Part shown: piece by piece, positions 1 to 10,037 of the stretch
Layout: every line of letters starts with the position of its first letter
Position numbering within the stretch: position 1 is the stretch's first letter
Origin: Trichlorobacter lovleyi SZ
GTDB taxonomy: Bacteria; Desulfobacterota; Desulfuromonadia; Geobacterales; Pseudopelobacteraceae
Length of the DNA stretch: 32,000 nucleotides
Direction of reading: 5' to 3'
Assembly: GCF_000020385.1 (NCBI RefSeq)
Contig: NC_010814.1
Coordinates: 540,001-572,000 of the forward strand
The notes under the pieces: model-generated
What the model was told of the DNA's origin: nothing
The model's database searches: none
Seen by the model: the letters and a program-made list of their open reading frames with translations, nothing else
Position numbers and translations under genes: made by a program

Positions 1-1
1 C

Positions 2-754
2 AACGCCATCAAGTTTACCGCCGGTGGCGAGATTGTGGTGCGGGCCTCCAGCCGCTCCCGTGGTGACGGCACCGTGCTGTTTGCGGTTGAGGTGCAGGAC
101 TCCGGGATCGGCATGGACCAGGCCACCCAGCAGACCATCTTTGAACCGTTCATCCAGGCTGACAGCTCCACCAGCCGCAGGTTTGGCGGTACCGGCCTGG
201 GGCTGGCAATCTGCAAACAGCTGGTTGAGCTGATGCATGGCACCATCACGGTTGCCAGCAGCCCGGGCAACGGCAGCACCTTCTGCTTTGCGGTGCCGCT
301 CAAGCCGGGTGTGCTGCCTGCGGCAGCGCCGGAGCCGGTGGCGGTGACCGGTCTTGATCAGCCGCTGCAGATTCTGGTGGCGGAAGACCAGCCGATTAAC
401 CAGCGCTTTGTCGCCGAGATCCTGCGCAAGCAGGGACATCTGCCGCTGCTGGCCAACAACGGCAAGGAGGCGGTGGATATCTGGAACAGTACCGCTGTTG
501 ATATGGTGCTGATGGATATCCAGATGCCGGTTATGGATGGCTTGAAGGCTCTGGCTGCCATTCGTGCTGCTGAAGACGGAACCAAACGCCACACGCCGAT
601 TGTGGCTTTAACGGCCCATGCCATCGTAGGCGATCAGGAACGGTTGCTGAATGCCGGTTTTGACGGCTATCTTGCCAAACCGTTGCAGGTTGCCAACCTG
701 TTTGAGGAGATGGCCAGGGTGCTGGAGCAGATCAGCAAGGAGAGGCGCCTATGA
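2..754 (+). CDS. Hybrid sensor histidine kinase, C-terminal fragment (HATPase_c + receiver); 5' end lies outside the window
   Basis: The frame is open from base 2 (NAIKFT = N-box), so the M at 35 is internal. G-boxes DSGIGM and GGTGLGLAI. Receiver motifs [27 protein letters not shown]. The stop overlaps the next start (ATGA 751-754). Confidence 0.9.
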   Translation, partial: NAIKFTAGGEIVVRASSRSRGDGTVLFAVEVQDSGIGMDQATQQTIFEPFIQADSSTSRRFGGTGLGLAICKQLVELMHGTITVASSPGNGSTFCFAVPLKPGVLPAAAPEPVAVTGLDQPLQILVAEDQPINQRFVAEILRKQGHLPLLANNGKEAVDIWNSTAVDMVLMDIQMPVMDGLKALAAIRAAEDGTKRHTPIVALTAHAIVGDQERLLNAGFDGYLAKPLQVANLFEEMARVLEQISKERRL

Positions 755-3594
755 CAACAGCTGCGGATCGGCATGCCGTTGATGAACTGGTGCGTATCGG
801 CCCCCTGCTGGAGGAGGCGCTTGAAGGTACCGCTACAACAGTTGGTGATGCCTTTCTGGCAGCCCTGGTTACCACGCTGGCCAGGGTGCTCAACGTCCGT
901 TATGCCGTTGTTGGCCGCCTGCTGCCGCAGCATGCTGCAATACAGACCCTGAAGGTCTGTGTCGATGGCGAGCTGGTGGAAAACATCGTGTATCCCCTGT
1001 CCGGAACCCCCTGCGAACATGTGGTGGGGCTGGCTCCGCGTTATTTTGCCGCCGGCGCTGCCGATCTCTTCCCGAAAGACGAACTGCTGCGTCAGCTGCA
1101 GGTTGAATGCTATCTGGGGGTGCCGCTGTACTCATCCCGGCATGAGCCGCTGGGTAATCTGTTGCTGATGGACAGCAAACCGTTACCGGAAGCGCTGGTG
1201 CCGCCGGCCCTGAAACTGATGGAGCTGTTCGCCTTGCGCACGGCCGGAGAGATTGAACGGGCTGAGCGGGAGCAACAACTGGCAATTCAGGATATCCACC
1301 TCGGCATCATCCTGAACAACAGCCGCGACGGCCTGTTGACTGCCTCCGCCGATGCCCGCATACTGGCCGTCAACCGGGCTTACTGTACTCTGCTGGGCTA
1401 TGAGGAGCAGGAACTGCTCGGCCGGTCTATCCACGAGATTGAGGCAAATGAGACAATGGAAGAGGTGGATGCCCACACCCGTAAAATCGTTGAGCAGGGC
1501 TTTGACCGCTTTATCAGCCGTCATCGCTGTAAGGACGGCACAACACGGGATCTGGAGCTTTCCATCAGCTATATCGCCGAGGTCGGCCAGTTTCTGACCA
1601 TTGCCCGGGATGTGACGGAGCGCCTGCTGCTTGAGCGACAACTGCTTGATTCCGAACAGCGCTATCAGGCCTTTACCGAGTTAAGCTCCGACTTCTGCCA
1701 TGTCTGTAGCCGTACGGCCGGCGGACCCTACCGTGTGCAGTGGATCGGCGGCCAGTTTGAGCGGATAACCGGGTATGGTAACGATGAGTTGCTGGCCCTG
1801 GGGTGCTGGCTGCCGCTGGTACACCCCGATGACCGGGAGCGGGTGGCGGCAGGGTTGTTACGGCTGTCTGCCGGTGATGAGCTCCGTTCCGAATTCCGGC
1901 TGGTGCGCAAGGATCTGGTTGTGCGCTGGATCAGTGAGCATAGCCGTTGTGTACAGGACCCCGTCAATCCGGATCTGTTGCGCCTGTACGGTTCAGCCCG
2001 TGATATTACCACCGTGCATGACAACACGCTTGCCCTGCAGACGGCGGAGAATGCCTACCGGACCATCTTCAACGCCACTAATGATGTGATCTTCATCATG
2101 GACGCCCAGCAGGGGATGATCATCGATTGCAACAAACAGGCCGTGCAGCTCTTTGGACGCCCGCGGGTGGATCTGATCGGCTCCAACCCGGTGCAGCTCT
2201 CGCCGCCGGATCATCCCGATTTCGGTTTTGAGCAGGCCGCTGCTCATATCCGGTCTGCCATCGAGGAGGGAGCACAGCTGTTTGAGTGGCTTTGTGCGCG
2301 GCCGGACGGCAGCACCTTCTGGGCAGAGGTCAGCCTGCGGGCCGCCGAGATCAATGGCCGTCAGCGGCTGCTGGCGGTGGTACGGGATATCTCGGAACGA
2401 AAACAGAGTATGCAGGAGCTGCAGCAGGCCCGGGATGCAGCGCTGCAGGCCACCACCGCAAAAAATGAATTTCTGGCCAACATGAGCCATGAGGTGCGTA
2501 CCCCCTTGAACGGCATCATGGGACTGAGCCAGCTGCTGCGTACCACCAGTCTGACCGAAGAGCAGGCCGGCTATATGGATATGCTGGACAGCTCTGCCCG
2601 TAATCTGCTGGTATTGATTAATGATATCCTTGATATCTCGCGGATTGAGGCCGGCAGCCTTACCATCCGGCAAACCGCCTTCAGTCCGGCCAAGCTGCTG
2701 CGGGAAGTGGCGGGGATGTACGAAAAAGCGGCTGCCGAGAAAGGGATCGGGCTGGATATCCTGCCGTGCGATGAGCTGCCTGCCGCTTTGATCGGCGATC
2801 CGCTGCGGCTGCGGCAGGTGCTGATCAATCTGGTGGGAAACGCGATAAAATTCACCAGCCACGGTGGTGTCACCCTGCGGGTGGATTGTCTGGAGGAGTC
2901 TGCCACGGGGATCAGACTTGGTTTTGAGGTGTCCGACAGCGGCATTGGTATGTCTGCGGAAACCCTGCAGAAGATCTTTCATCCCTTTACCCAGGCCGAT
3001 GCCTCCACCTCCCGGGTACATGGCGGCAGCGGTCTGGGGCTGGCCATCTGCCGCCGTCTGTCGGAGCTGATGGGGGGGAGTATCCGTGCTGAAAGCAGCC
3101 TGGGGCAGGGCAGCCGGTTTATTGTCGAGTTGCCCTTTGGGCGCTACCTGGGGACGCAGGATACTGAAGAGACTGAAACTGCAGCCCCGGCACTCCGGCT
3201 TGAACCGTTGCGGATTTTGCTGGTTGAGGATCAGGAGGTAAACCGTACCTTTGTACAACGCCTGCTGGAACGGCAGGGGCATCGGATTGCCGCAGCCGCT
3301 GACGGTCTGATGGCGCTGGATCTGCTGGAGCGGGAACAGTATGATCTGATGCTGCTGGATATTCAGATGCCCGGCATGGGGGGCGAAGAGGTGCTGCTCC
3401 AGTTACGCCGGAATGAACGGAAGAACGGCCGTCATCTGCCGGTCGTTGCCCTGACGGCCCATGCCCTGGCGGGTGACCGGGAAAAGCTGCTGGCAAGCGG
3501 CTTTGACGGCTATGTCAGCAAGCCGGTCCAGATGGATCAGTTGCTGGCTGAGATGGGACGAGCACGTGCAATGAAAGGACAACCTCAGCAATGA
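751..3594 (+). CDS. Hybrid sensor histidine kinase (GAF-like N-terminus, about 3 PAS, HisKA, HATPase_c, receiver)
   Basis: 947-aa ORF. GAF-like segment (TPCEHVV...YLGVPLYS...GNLLLMD) followed by PAS-like repeats. H-box [17 protein letters not shown]-box [12 protein letters not shown]-boxes DSGIGM and GGSGLGLAI. Receiver motifs [32 protein letters not shown] overlaps at both ends. Confidence 0.9.
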   Translation: MTTAADRHAVDELVRIGPLLEEALEGTATTVGDAFLAALVTTLARVLNVRYAVVGRLLPQHAAIQTLKVCVDGELVENIVYPLSGTPCEHVVGLAPRYFAAGAADLFPKDELLRQLQVECYLGVPLYSSRHEPLGNLLLMDSKPLPEALVPPALKLMELFALRTAGEIERAEREQQLAIQDIHLGIILNNSRDGLLTASADARILAVNRAYCTLLGYEEQELLGRSIHEIEANETMEEVDAHTRKIVEQGFDRFISRHRCKDGTTRDLELSISYIAEVGQFLTIARDVTERLLLERQLLDSEQRYQAFTELSSDFCHVCSRTAGGPYRVQWIGGQFERITGYGNDELLALGCWLPLVHPDDRERVAAGLLRLSAGDELRSEFRLVRKDLVVRWISEHSRCVQDPVNPDLLRLYGSARDITTVHDNTLALQTAENAYRTIFNATNDVIFIMDAQQGMIIDCNKQAVQLFGRPRVDLIGSNPVQLSPPDHPDFGFEQAAAHIRSAIEEGAQLFEWLCARPDGSTFWAEVSLRAAEINGRQRLLAVVRDISERKQSMQELQQARDAALQATTAKNEFLANMSHEVRTPLNGIMGLSQLLRTTSLTEEQAGYMDMLDSSARNLLVLINDILDISRIEAGSLTIRQTAFSPAKLLREVAGMYEKAAAEKGIGLDILPCDELPAALIGDPLRLRQVLINLVGNAIKFTSHGGVTLRVDCLEESATGIRLGFEVSDSGIGMSAETLQKIFHPFTQADASTSRVHGGSGLGLAICRRLSELMGGSIRAESSLGQGSRFIVELPFGRYLGTQDTEETETAAPALRLEPLRILLVEDQEVNRTFVQRLLERQGHRIAAAADGLMALDLLEREQYDLMLLDIQMPGMGGEEVLLQLRRNERKNGRHLPVVALTAHALAGDREKLLASGFDGYVSKPVQMDQLLAEMGRARAMKGQPQQ

Positions 3595-6500
3595 GTGAAC
3601 AGGCTACACAACTGCCGCCGGAAGAGGATCTGCCGGAGTCCGCGGCCGAAGATGCGGACAACACCGATTGGCAGCCGATTACCGACCTGCTGCGGCGCGG
3701 GCTGGGAATTGACTTCGGCTGTTACCGGGCCGGCACCGTTGGACGCAGGATCATGCGCCGGATGGAGCTATTGCAGCTTGACGACGTTGCTGATTACGCC
3801 ACTTTGCTGGCTGCCAGCCAGGAGGAGCTGGAGGCGCTGGGCCGTGATCTGCTGATCGGCGTGACCGAGTTTTTCCGCGACCCTGCCGTGTTCCGCCGCC
3901 TGGCCGATCTGTTGCGCGAGCTGTTGCGGGGCCGTTCGGCCACGGAAGGATTCAGGATCTGGTCAGCCGGTTGCGCCAGCGGGGAGGAAGCCTATTCTTT
4001 GGCGGTACTGCTGCATGACGTGGCGCAGGAGGTGGGATTTAGCGGCGACCTGAAGGTGTTTGCCACCGACGTTCATAAGGGGGCGTTGGAGATAGCCTCC
4101 CGGGGGGGCTACTGCGGCGAACTGCTTGCCGGTCTGCCCGGTCAGTACCTTGACCGGTACTTCCGCTCTGAAAGCGACGGCTGTTTCAGGATTGATCCGA
4201 TGATCCGCCGCATGCTGGTGTTTGCCCATCACAACCTGCTCTCTGATCCGCCGTTTACCCGGATTGACCTTGCCGTCTGCCGCAACCTGCTGATCTACCT
4301 GCAGGCCGAGGCACAACAGCGGGTACTGACGGCCCTGCAATTCTCTCTGGTGCCGGGCGGCCATCTGCTGCTGGGACCGAGCGAAGGGGTCAGCCATCTG
4401 GCCAATGCCTTCAGCGTACTGGATTCAGGCTGCAAGTTGTTTCGTAAAAATGCGACCCCCCGGGACGGCATTGTTGCGCCAGGTATCCCCTGGGTCGCCC
4501 GTAATCCGCTGCTCGCCTCACTTAACCAGGGAACCCGCACTACCGTTACCCTTGACCGGCACCTGCTGCGTGACTACGACCTGATCCTGGATCGTTACGC
4601 CCCGCCAGGCATGCTGCTGAACAGCCAGCGCCAGGTGCTGCATATCTTTGGTGATCTGAGTGAATACCTGCGGCCCCTGACCGGGCGGCTGACCGGCGAC
4701 ATGTTCAGCAATCTGCGGGATGAACTGCGTCCGGCCCTTTCCACCGCCCTGCTGCGGGCAGAACAGCATGGTGAGGCAACGGTGGTGGACCGGGTGCCTC
4801 TGCTGCAGGAGGAATCCTGCCGGTACGTCGATGTCGCGGTGGCTTGTCTGACGGACGAGCGCAGCGACGGCCTGCATTTTCATGTCACCCTGCGCCCGTC
4901 CGACTGGCAGCCGGAAGCCGGAGACTGCAGCAACAGTAATCACCATGAGGTCGACTCGGCCTTGCATCGCCGGGTGGCCGATATGGAACAGGAGCTGCAC
5001 TCCACCCGTCACTCATTGCAGCTGACCATTGAAGAGCTGCAGTCCAGTAACGAAAAGCTGGATCTGGCCAATGAGGAGCTGATTTCATCAAACGAAGAAC
5101 TGCAAAGCACCAATGAGGAGCTGAAGTCGGTTAACGAAGATCTCTACGCCGTTAACAGCGAGCTTGAACATCGCAATGAAGAGCTGCAGCGGTTAAACCG
5201 TGACCATGACAACCTGCTGGCCAGTACCGAGGTGGGGACGGTCTTTCTCGATCAGCAATTACGGATCCGCAAGTTTTCAAGTGCCATCAGCGCCTTTCTC
5301 AAGCTGCTGCCCCAGGATCTGGGGCGGCCGATTGATCATATCGCCTATGAACTGGGTTCGCCCCAGGAGTTCCGTGAACGGCTGCAGCAGGTGCTGGAGA
5401 GTGGTCTGCGCCATGAACAGGAGATCCATACCGGAGCCGACCAGTGGGTTCTGCAGCGGATACTCCCGTTTCGTACCGACAACGGCAGCATTGATGGCGT
5501 GGTGTTGACCTTCACGGATATCAGTGCGGTCAAGCAGGCCCAGGCCGCTGTGGCAGAGATGAACATTCAGCTGGAGCAGAAGGTGATCGAACGGACCTGC
5601 GAGCTGTCTGCAAGTGAGGCCCGGATTCGTGCCTTCATCGAAAATTCAGGTCAGGGTTTCTGGCAGCTGGGGCCTGACCGGTTGACCATCGATCTGAATC
5701 CGGCCCTTTGCTCCATGCTGGGCTACCGCCGGGAAGAGATGCTGGGCCGCTCTCCGCTTGAGTTTGTGGATGCCGAGAACCGCTCGATCTTCCTGTATCA
5801 GATGGGGCGAATCGACGGAACCGAACATCGCAACTATGAAATAACGCTGCTGCATAAGGATGGGCATCCGGTGCCGGTCATGTTTTCTGCCACTACCCAT
5901 CGCACCGTCGAGGGCAAGGTGGATAGTGCCTTTGCCTTTATTACCGATCTGAGCGAACAGAAGCGGGTAGAACAGGAAATCCGGGCCGCCAAAGAGGCTG
6001 CCGAATCGGCCAACCGGGCCAAGACCCAGTTTCTGGCCAACATCAGTCATGAGGTCCGCACTCCGCTGAACGGGATCATGGGGATGAGTCATCTGCTGCA
6101 TATGACCCCGCTGGCCGACGAACAGCAGGACTACCTGCGCCATCTGGATGATTCGGCCCAGAGTCTGCTGTCGGTGATCAACGACCTGCTGGATTTGACC
6201 AGGATCGAGTCCGGCGGATTCGGGACGGAACAGGCCGATTTTCAGCTGGACCAGCTGGCGCGGGATATCCTGCGGATTCATCAGCCGGTGGCCCAGCGCA
6301 AGGGGGTGCTGTTGCAGCTTGAACTGGCGGACGGCATGCCCGGGCTGCTGCGCGGGGTGCCGTTGCGTCTGAAGCAGGTGCTGCATAACCTGGTGGGCAA
6401 TGCGGTCAAGTTTACCGATCAGGGGCGGGTCGTCCTGTCGATTTCCCCCATCATTGTGCCGGGGCAGTCGTTGCGGGTCCGTTTTGCGGTCTGTGACAGC

Positions 6501-7172
6501 GGTATCGGCATGGAGCCGGAGACCATCAAGCGGATCTTTGATCCCTTCAGTCAGGCCGACGAGTCCATCAGCCGCCGCTATGGCGGTACCGGTCTGGGGT
6601 TGACCATCTGCCGTCGCCTGACTGAGCTGATGGGAGGTACGATTGAGGTGGAAAGCACACCGGGCCAGGGGAGCTGTTTTACGGTGATCCTGCCGATGAA
6701 GACGCCGCTGGGGGCCGTGGTCCCTGCCGATGCGCCGGTCAGGCAGGACAGTTTTGAAAGAAATGCATTGCAGGTTCTGCTGGCTGAGGATCAGCCGGTG
6801 GGACGGCTCTATGCCACCCGTCTGCTGGAGCGGCTGGGGCATCGGGTAACGGCGGTGGAGGATGGCAAACAGGCGATTGAGGCCTGGGAGCAAAACTGTT
6901 TTGACCTGATCCTGATGGATGTGCAGATGCCCGGCATTGACGGGACAATGGCCACTGCAAGTATCCGGCAGCGTGAACAGGAGGGCGGCGTGCGAACACC
7001 GATTATTGCCCTGACGGCCCATGCCTTAACCGGTGACCGTAGTAAACTGATGGAGTGCGGTTTTGATGGCTATGTACCGAAACCGATTGATGTTGAAGGG
7101 CTGCTGGCGGAGGTGAACCGGCTGATAACACCGGCTACCGTGCTCTGCAGCCGGAGAGGAGAACAGCCATGA
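3591..7172 (+). CDS. CheR-type methyltransferase fused to PAS/hybrid histidine kinase (CheR-coiled coil-PAS-PAS-HisKA-HATPase_c-receiver)
   Basis: 1193-aa ORF. CheR-like motifs [41 protein letters not shown]-type coiled coil ([37 protein letters not shown]). H-box [42 protein letters not shown]. Receiver motifs [21 protein letters not shown]. Confidence 0.88.
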   Translation: MSEQATQLPPEEDLPESAAEDADNTDWQPITDLLRRGLGIDFGCYRAGTVGRRIMRRMELLQLDDVADYATLLAASQEELEALGRDLLIGVTEFFRDPAVFRRLADLLRELLRGRSATEGFRIWSAGCASGEEAYSLAVLLHDVAQEVGFSGDLKVFATDVHKGALEIASRGGYCGELLAGLPGQYLDRYFRSESDGCFRIDPMIRRMLVFAHHNLLSDPPFTRIDLAVCRNLLIYLQAEAQQRVLTALQFSLVPGGHLLLGPSEGVSHLANAFSVLDSGCKLFRKNATPRDGIVAPGIPWVARNPLLASLNQGTRTTVTLDRHLLRDYDLILDRYAPPGMLLNSQRQVLHIFGDLSEYLRPLTGRLTGDMFSNLRDELRPALSTALLRAEQHGEATVVDRVPLLQEESCRYVDVAVACLTDERSDGLHFHVTLRPSDWQPEAGDCSNSNHHEVDSALHRRVADMEQELHSTRHSLQLTIEELQSSNEKLDLANEELISSNEELQSTNEELKSVNEDLYAVNSELEHRNEELQRLNRDHDNLLASTEVGTVFLDQQLRIRKFSSAISAFLKLLPQDLGRPIDHIAYELGSPQEFRERLQQVLESGLRHEQEIHTGADQWVLQRILPFRTDNGSIDGVVLTFTDISAVKQAQAAVAEMNIQLEQKVIERTCELSASEARIRAFIENSGQGFWQLGPDRLTIDLNPALCSMLGYRREEMLGRSPLEFVDAENRSIFLYQMGRIDGTEHRNYEITLLHKDGHPVPVMFSATTHRTVEGKVDSAFAFITDLSEQKRVEQEIRAAKEAAESANRAKTQFLANISHEVRTPLNGIMGMSHLLHMTPLADEQQDYLRHLDDSAQSLLSVINDLLDLTRIESGGFGTEQADFQLDQLARDILRIHQPVAQRKGVLLQLELADGMPGLLRGVPLRLKQVLHNLVGNAVKFTDQGRVVLSISPIIVPGQSLRVRFAVCDSGIGMEPETIKRIFDPFSQADESISRRYGGTGLGLTICRRLTELMGGTIEVESTPGQGSCFTVILPMKTPLGAVVPADAPVRQDSFERNALQVLLAEDQPVGRLYATRLLERLGHRVTAVEDGKQAIEAWEQNCFDLILMDVQMPGIDGTMATASIRQREQEGGVRTPIIALTAHALTGDRSKLMECGFDGYVPKPIDVEGLLAEVNRLITPATVLCSRRGEQP

Positions 7173-7996
7173 GACTGTTAGCGGGGTTGGTGATGCTGCT
7201 GGTGTTGGCGGGGGGTTTGCCTGTGCAGGGGGCAGAACAGAAACAGTATGTTTTTGCCGTGCTGCCACAGCGCCCTCCGGTGGCGATGCATACCAGCTGG
7301 CGGCCGTTTCTGGATCAGCTGGAAAAGGAGTTGGGAATAACCCTGAAACTGAAGCTGTACGAAACCATGCCGCAGTTTGAGGACGATATGAAGCATGGCA
7401 CCGGCGATTTTGTCTTCTCTACGCCGCCGCATGTGGTGCTGGCCTACCAGAGCCAGAAATACCGGCCATTGGTACGGGGAAGCCGTACCATTGCAGGGGT
7501 GTTGTTTACCAGGAAAAATTCGGCGATCAAGGAACTGGCTGATCTGGACAACCAGGAGGTTGCCTTTGTCGGCAGCCGGAATGTCTGAAGTCTGGTCGTG
7601 AGACAGGTCCTGTCTCAACAAACGGTACGTCTGAATTTGAAGCAACTGTTCGCCGGTTCCAGCAGTAATGTGTATAAATCCGTCTTGGTGGGTAAGAGCG
7701 CTGCCGGGGCGGTGCTGGATGTTGACTTTGATGCCCAGCCTGAGGATGTGAAGGCCCAGCTGACCCCGCTGGTACGCACACCGAAGATGGCGCCCCATCC
7801 GATTTCCGCCCACCCCCGCGTGCCGAAGCAGTTACAGCAGGCGCTGGAAGCCGCGGTCATAAAAATGGGAAGCACGGCGGAGGGTAAAAAACTGCTGCGT
7901 GCGGTACAGCTGAGCGACCCGGTTCCGGCAGACTATGCCCGGGATTACAAAGTGCTGGAGAAGATGGATTACGACGCATTAACCAAAGGGATCTGA
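7169..7996 (+). CDS. PhnD-family (phosphate/phosphonate-type) periplasmic substrate-binding protein interrupted by one in-frame TGA (7586-7588): candidate selenocysteine recoding, otherwise a pseudogene
   Basis: Track ORFs 7169-7588 and 7598-7996 are in the same frame, separated only by the TGA. Together they read as one about 275-residue binding protein with a signal peptide ([23 protein letters not shown]). PhnD-like layout: YVFAVLPQ..., ...AFVGSRNV[TGA]SLVVRQVL..., [24 protein letters not shown]. The start overlaps the upstream stop (ATGA). Confidence 0.6.
7586..7617 (+). promoter_or_regulatory. UGA plus SECIS-like stem-loop (candidate bacterial selenocysteine insertion element)
   Basis: TGA 7586-7588 is followed by an 11-nt spacer. 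Then comes a hairpin with stem T-GAGACA (7599-7605) / TGTCTC-A (7611-7617) and apical loop GGTCC (7606-7610). The loop GU lies about 22-23 nt from the U of UGA. In my recollection of E. coli fdhF (GCA-GGUC-UGC loop), the equivalent G23/U24 positions are one nt further along. Confidence 0.45.
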
Positions 7997-8000
7997 ACCG

Positions 8001-9512
8001 ATGCAGTTTCTGCCGCGACGCCTGCATACCCGTCTGCTGCTGGCAATCACCCTGGCCATGGCTTTCGGTATTTTAGGATTGTCTTTCTGGACAGCCACCA
8101 GCCAGTCGCGTCAGCTGCTGGCGGCACGGCAGCAACAGGCAGAGCTGCTGACCCGCAATCTGGCAGAAGGGTCTGCCCATTCCTACGTCCTTGAGGATTA
8201 TGCGGCCCTTGACCATTTTCTGCGGCACTCCATGGGACTGCCCGGTGTTCGCCGGGTCGTTGCCTCTGATGAAAACGGGGTCATACTGACTGATTTTACA
8301 CGGGTGTCAGATAGTGCAGAACCTCAATTAAACGTTGGAGGCGGAGAGCGGATCAACGTGCCCGCCGAGCCGTCAGCCAGCCTTGTCCATGCAGGGACTA
8401 TGCTGGTGGTCTGGCAACCGGTCTTAGCAGGTGACCTGCTGGGGTGGCTGCAGGTCAGTTACGGCCTTGAAGAGGTGGCTGCGCTACAACGTCAGATCTG
8501 GTGCAACGGCATTATCTTTGCGCTTGCCGAGGTTGTTGGGGGCATCGTCCTGATCGCCTGGCTGTTGAGGCGGCCGATCAGATCCATCAGCAGGCTGTCC
8601 GGTTTTGCGCGGGATCTGCCGCAGCATAAAGGGATGACCCTGCCGGTTGAGCGTTTTGTCACAGAGGTGCAGGATCTGGGGGAGTCCCTCAACTACGCCT
8701 CAACCGAACTGTGCCGGATTGAACAGGAGTTGCTGGAGCTGAACCGCACCCTGGAGGCGCGTGTTGAGGATGAGCTTGCCAAGAGCCGGGAAAAGGATGC
8801 CCTGTTGTTGCAGCAGGCCCGCTATCAGACCCTCGGTGAGCTGCTGGTCAACATCGCCCATCACTGGCGGCAGCCGCTCAATAACATCGGGGCACGGGTC
8901 CAGGAAAATGCCTGGCTGCTGGCAAATGGCGAGATCCCTCCTGAAAATGCCATGGCTGCTGCCGACCTGATCATGCAGGATCTGAAACAGCTTTCCCGTT
9001 CCATTGAAACCTTTACCCTGCTCTGCCGGCCCGCTCTGCCTGATCAGGTCGTGCTGCCGTCGGATGCGGTCAAAAGGGCGATCCTGATGGTGCAGGACAG
9101 TTATCAGCAGGCAGGGATCAGCTTTGAGCTGAAGCTGAACGCAGAACAGGAACTCCAGGGTTCCCTGCAGGACCTGGTGCAATGTATCCTCAATCTTTTC
9201 AGTAATGCCAGAGATGCCGTTGTGGCCGGTCATGATGCTGCAGGGCTGATCAGGGTGGAAATTGATGTTGAGGAACAGAAGCGCCTGACGATTGCTGTCT
9301 CCGACACGGGCGGGGGAATCCCGCCGCAGTTACTGCATTCGCTCTTTGATCCTTATGTTACCAGTAAGTTTCGTACGCAAGGGGTGGGGTTGGGGTTGTT
9401 TGTGGTGCGGCAGATTATTGAACAGCGCTTTAACGGAACGGTCATAGCCGCCAATCAGGACCGTGGTGCCGTAATAACGATTGCTATTCCGTTGAAACAG
9501 GAGACCGTCTGA
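8001..9512 (+). CDS. Membrane sensor histidine kinase (two TM segments, periplasmic loop, H-box of the AHxWRQPL type, HATPase_c)
   Basis: 503-aa ORF. TM helices LLLAITLAMAFGILGLSFW and IIFALAEVVGGIVLIAWLL. H-box LVNIAHHWRQPLNNI, N-box LNLFSNARDA, G-boxes SDTGGGI and GVGLGLFVV. The stop overlaps the next start (TGATG 9510-9514). Confidence 0.85.
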   Translation: MQFLPRRLHTRLLLAITLAMAFGILGLSFWTATSQSRQLLAARQQQAELLTRNLAEGSAHSYVLEDYAALDHFLRHSMGLPGVRRVVASDENGVILTDFTRVSDSAEPQLNVGGGERINVPAEPSASLVHAGTMLVVWQPVLAGDLLGWLQVSYGLEEVAALQRQIWCNGIIFALAEVVGGIVLIAWLLRRPIRSISRLSGFARDLPQHKGMTLPVERFVTEVQDLGESLNYASTELCRIEQELLELNRTLEARVEDELAKSREKDALLLQQARYQTLGELLVNIAHHWRQPLNNIGARVQENAWLLANGEIPPENAMAAADLIMQDLKQLSRSIETFTLLCRPALPDQVVLPSDAVKRAILMVQDSYQQAGISFELKLNAEQELQGSLQDLVQCILNLFSNARDAVVAGHDAAGLIRVEIDVEEQKRLTIAVSDTGGGIPPQLLHSLFDPYVTSKFRTQGVGLGLFVVRQIIEQRFNGTVIAANQDRGAVITIAIPLKQETV

Positions 9513-9901
9513 TGACACCTACAACTGCTGAAGAATTACAACAGCTCTGTTTGCTCTATGTGGAGGATGAGGATATTGCCCGTTTGTCCATCGGCAGTTT
9601 CCTGCGCCGTCAGGTGGGGGAGCTGCTGCTGGCGTCGCAAGGTGAAGAAGGGTTGCGGCTGTATCAGGAAAAACGCCCGGCCGTGGTGATTACCGATCTT
9701 GAGATGCCGGTCATGAACGGCATGGAGATGATCCGCAGGATACGGGCCCTGGACCATGATATTCCGATCATCATTACCACGGCCTATGATGACGATGCCC
9801 ATTACTGCCCGGAAGCGGATATGACTATTTTGAAGCCGATCAGTTTCATGGAGCTGCTGCAGGCGGTCAAAGACTGCCTGGCAGCGCGGGGGAAAGGGTA
9901 G
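9512..9901 (+). CDS. Single-domain (CheY-like) response regulator receiver
   Basis: 129-aa ORF. Motifs LLYVEDEDI, VVITDLEMPVMNGMEMIRRIR, IIITTAY, ILKPISF. Confidence 0.85.
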   Translation: MTPTTAEELQQLCLLYVEDEDIARLSIGSFLRRQVGELLLASQGEEGLRLYQEKRPAVVITDLEMPVMNGMEMIRRIRALDHDIPIIITTAYDDDAHYCPEADMTILKPISFMELLQAVKDCLAARGKG

Positions 9902-9963
9902 TGGGTAAACAGCAGAAACCAACCTCCCTCATCCCCCTCGTACCAGGGGGAACCTTTTAAAGC

Positions 9964-9997
9964 CTTTAAGCCTCCCCTGGCAAGGGGAGGCTTAAAG
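9964..9997. terminator. Strong hairpin between convergent operons (possible bidirectional terminator / REP-like hairpin)
   Basis: Perfect 15-bp stem CTTTAAGCCTCCCCT (9964-9978) / AGGGGAGGCTTAAAG (9983-9997) with loop GGCA. A weaker hairpin CCCCCT-N6-AGGGGG lies just upstream, and an AT-rich inverted repeat AAACAAT-CA-ATTGTTT lies at 10009-10024. There is no clean U-tract on either strand. Confidence 0.45.
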
Positions 9998-10037
9998 AGG
10001 TTGATGCAAAACAATCAATTGTTTCAAGGGTATTTGT

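Noticed and set aside
1993-3282. Long antisense ORFs opposite well-supported genes (for example 1993-3282, 5646-7022, 12239-13402, 14434-15291, 15873-16706, 24811-25695, 26373-27083, 27387-28256).
   Set aside because: Each lies fully inside a gene with strong family motifs on the other strand. Their translations are low-complexity (Arg/Gly/Pro/Gln-rich), as expected for shadow frames in GC-rich DNA, and none has a recognisable motif or SD.
7598-7996. Treating 7598-7996 as an independent gene starting at GTG 7598.
   Set aside because: It would encode only the C-terminal lobe of a binding-protein fold with no signal peptide. The GTG lies inside the hairpin and is in frame with the upstream half. 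One interrupted or recoded gene is the simpler reading.
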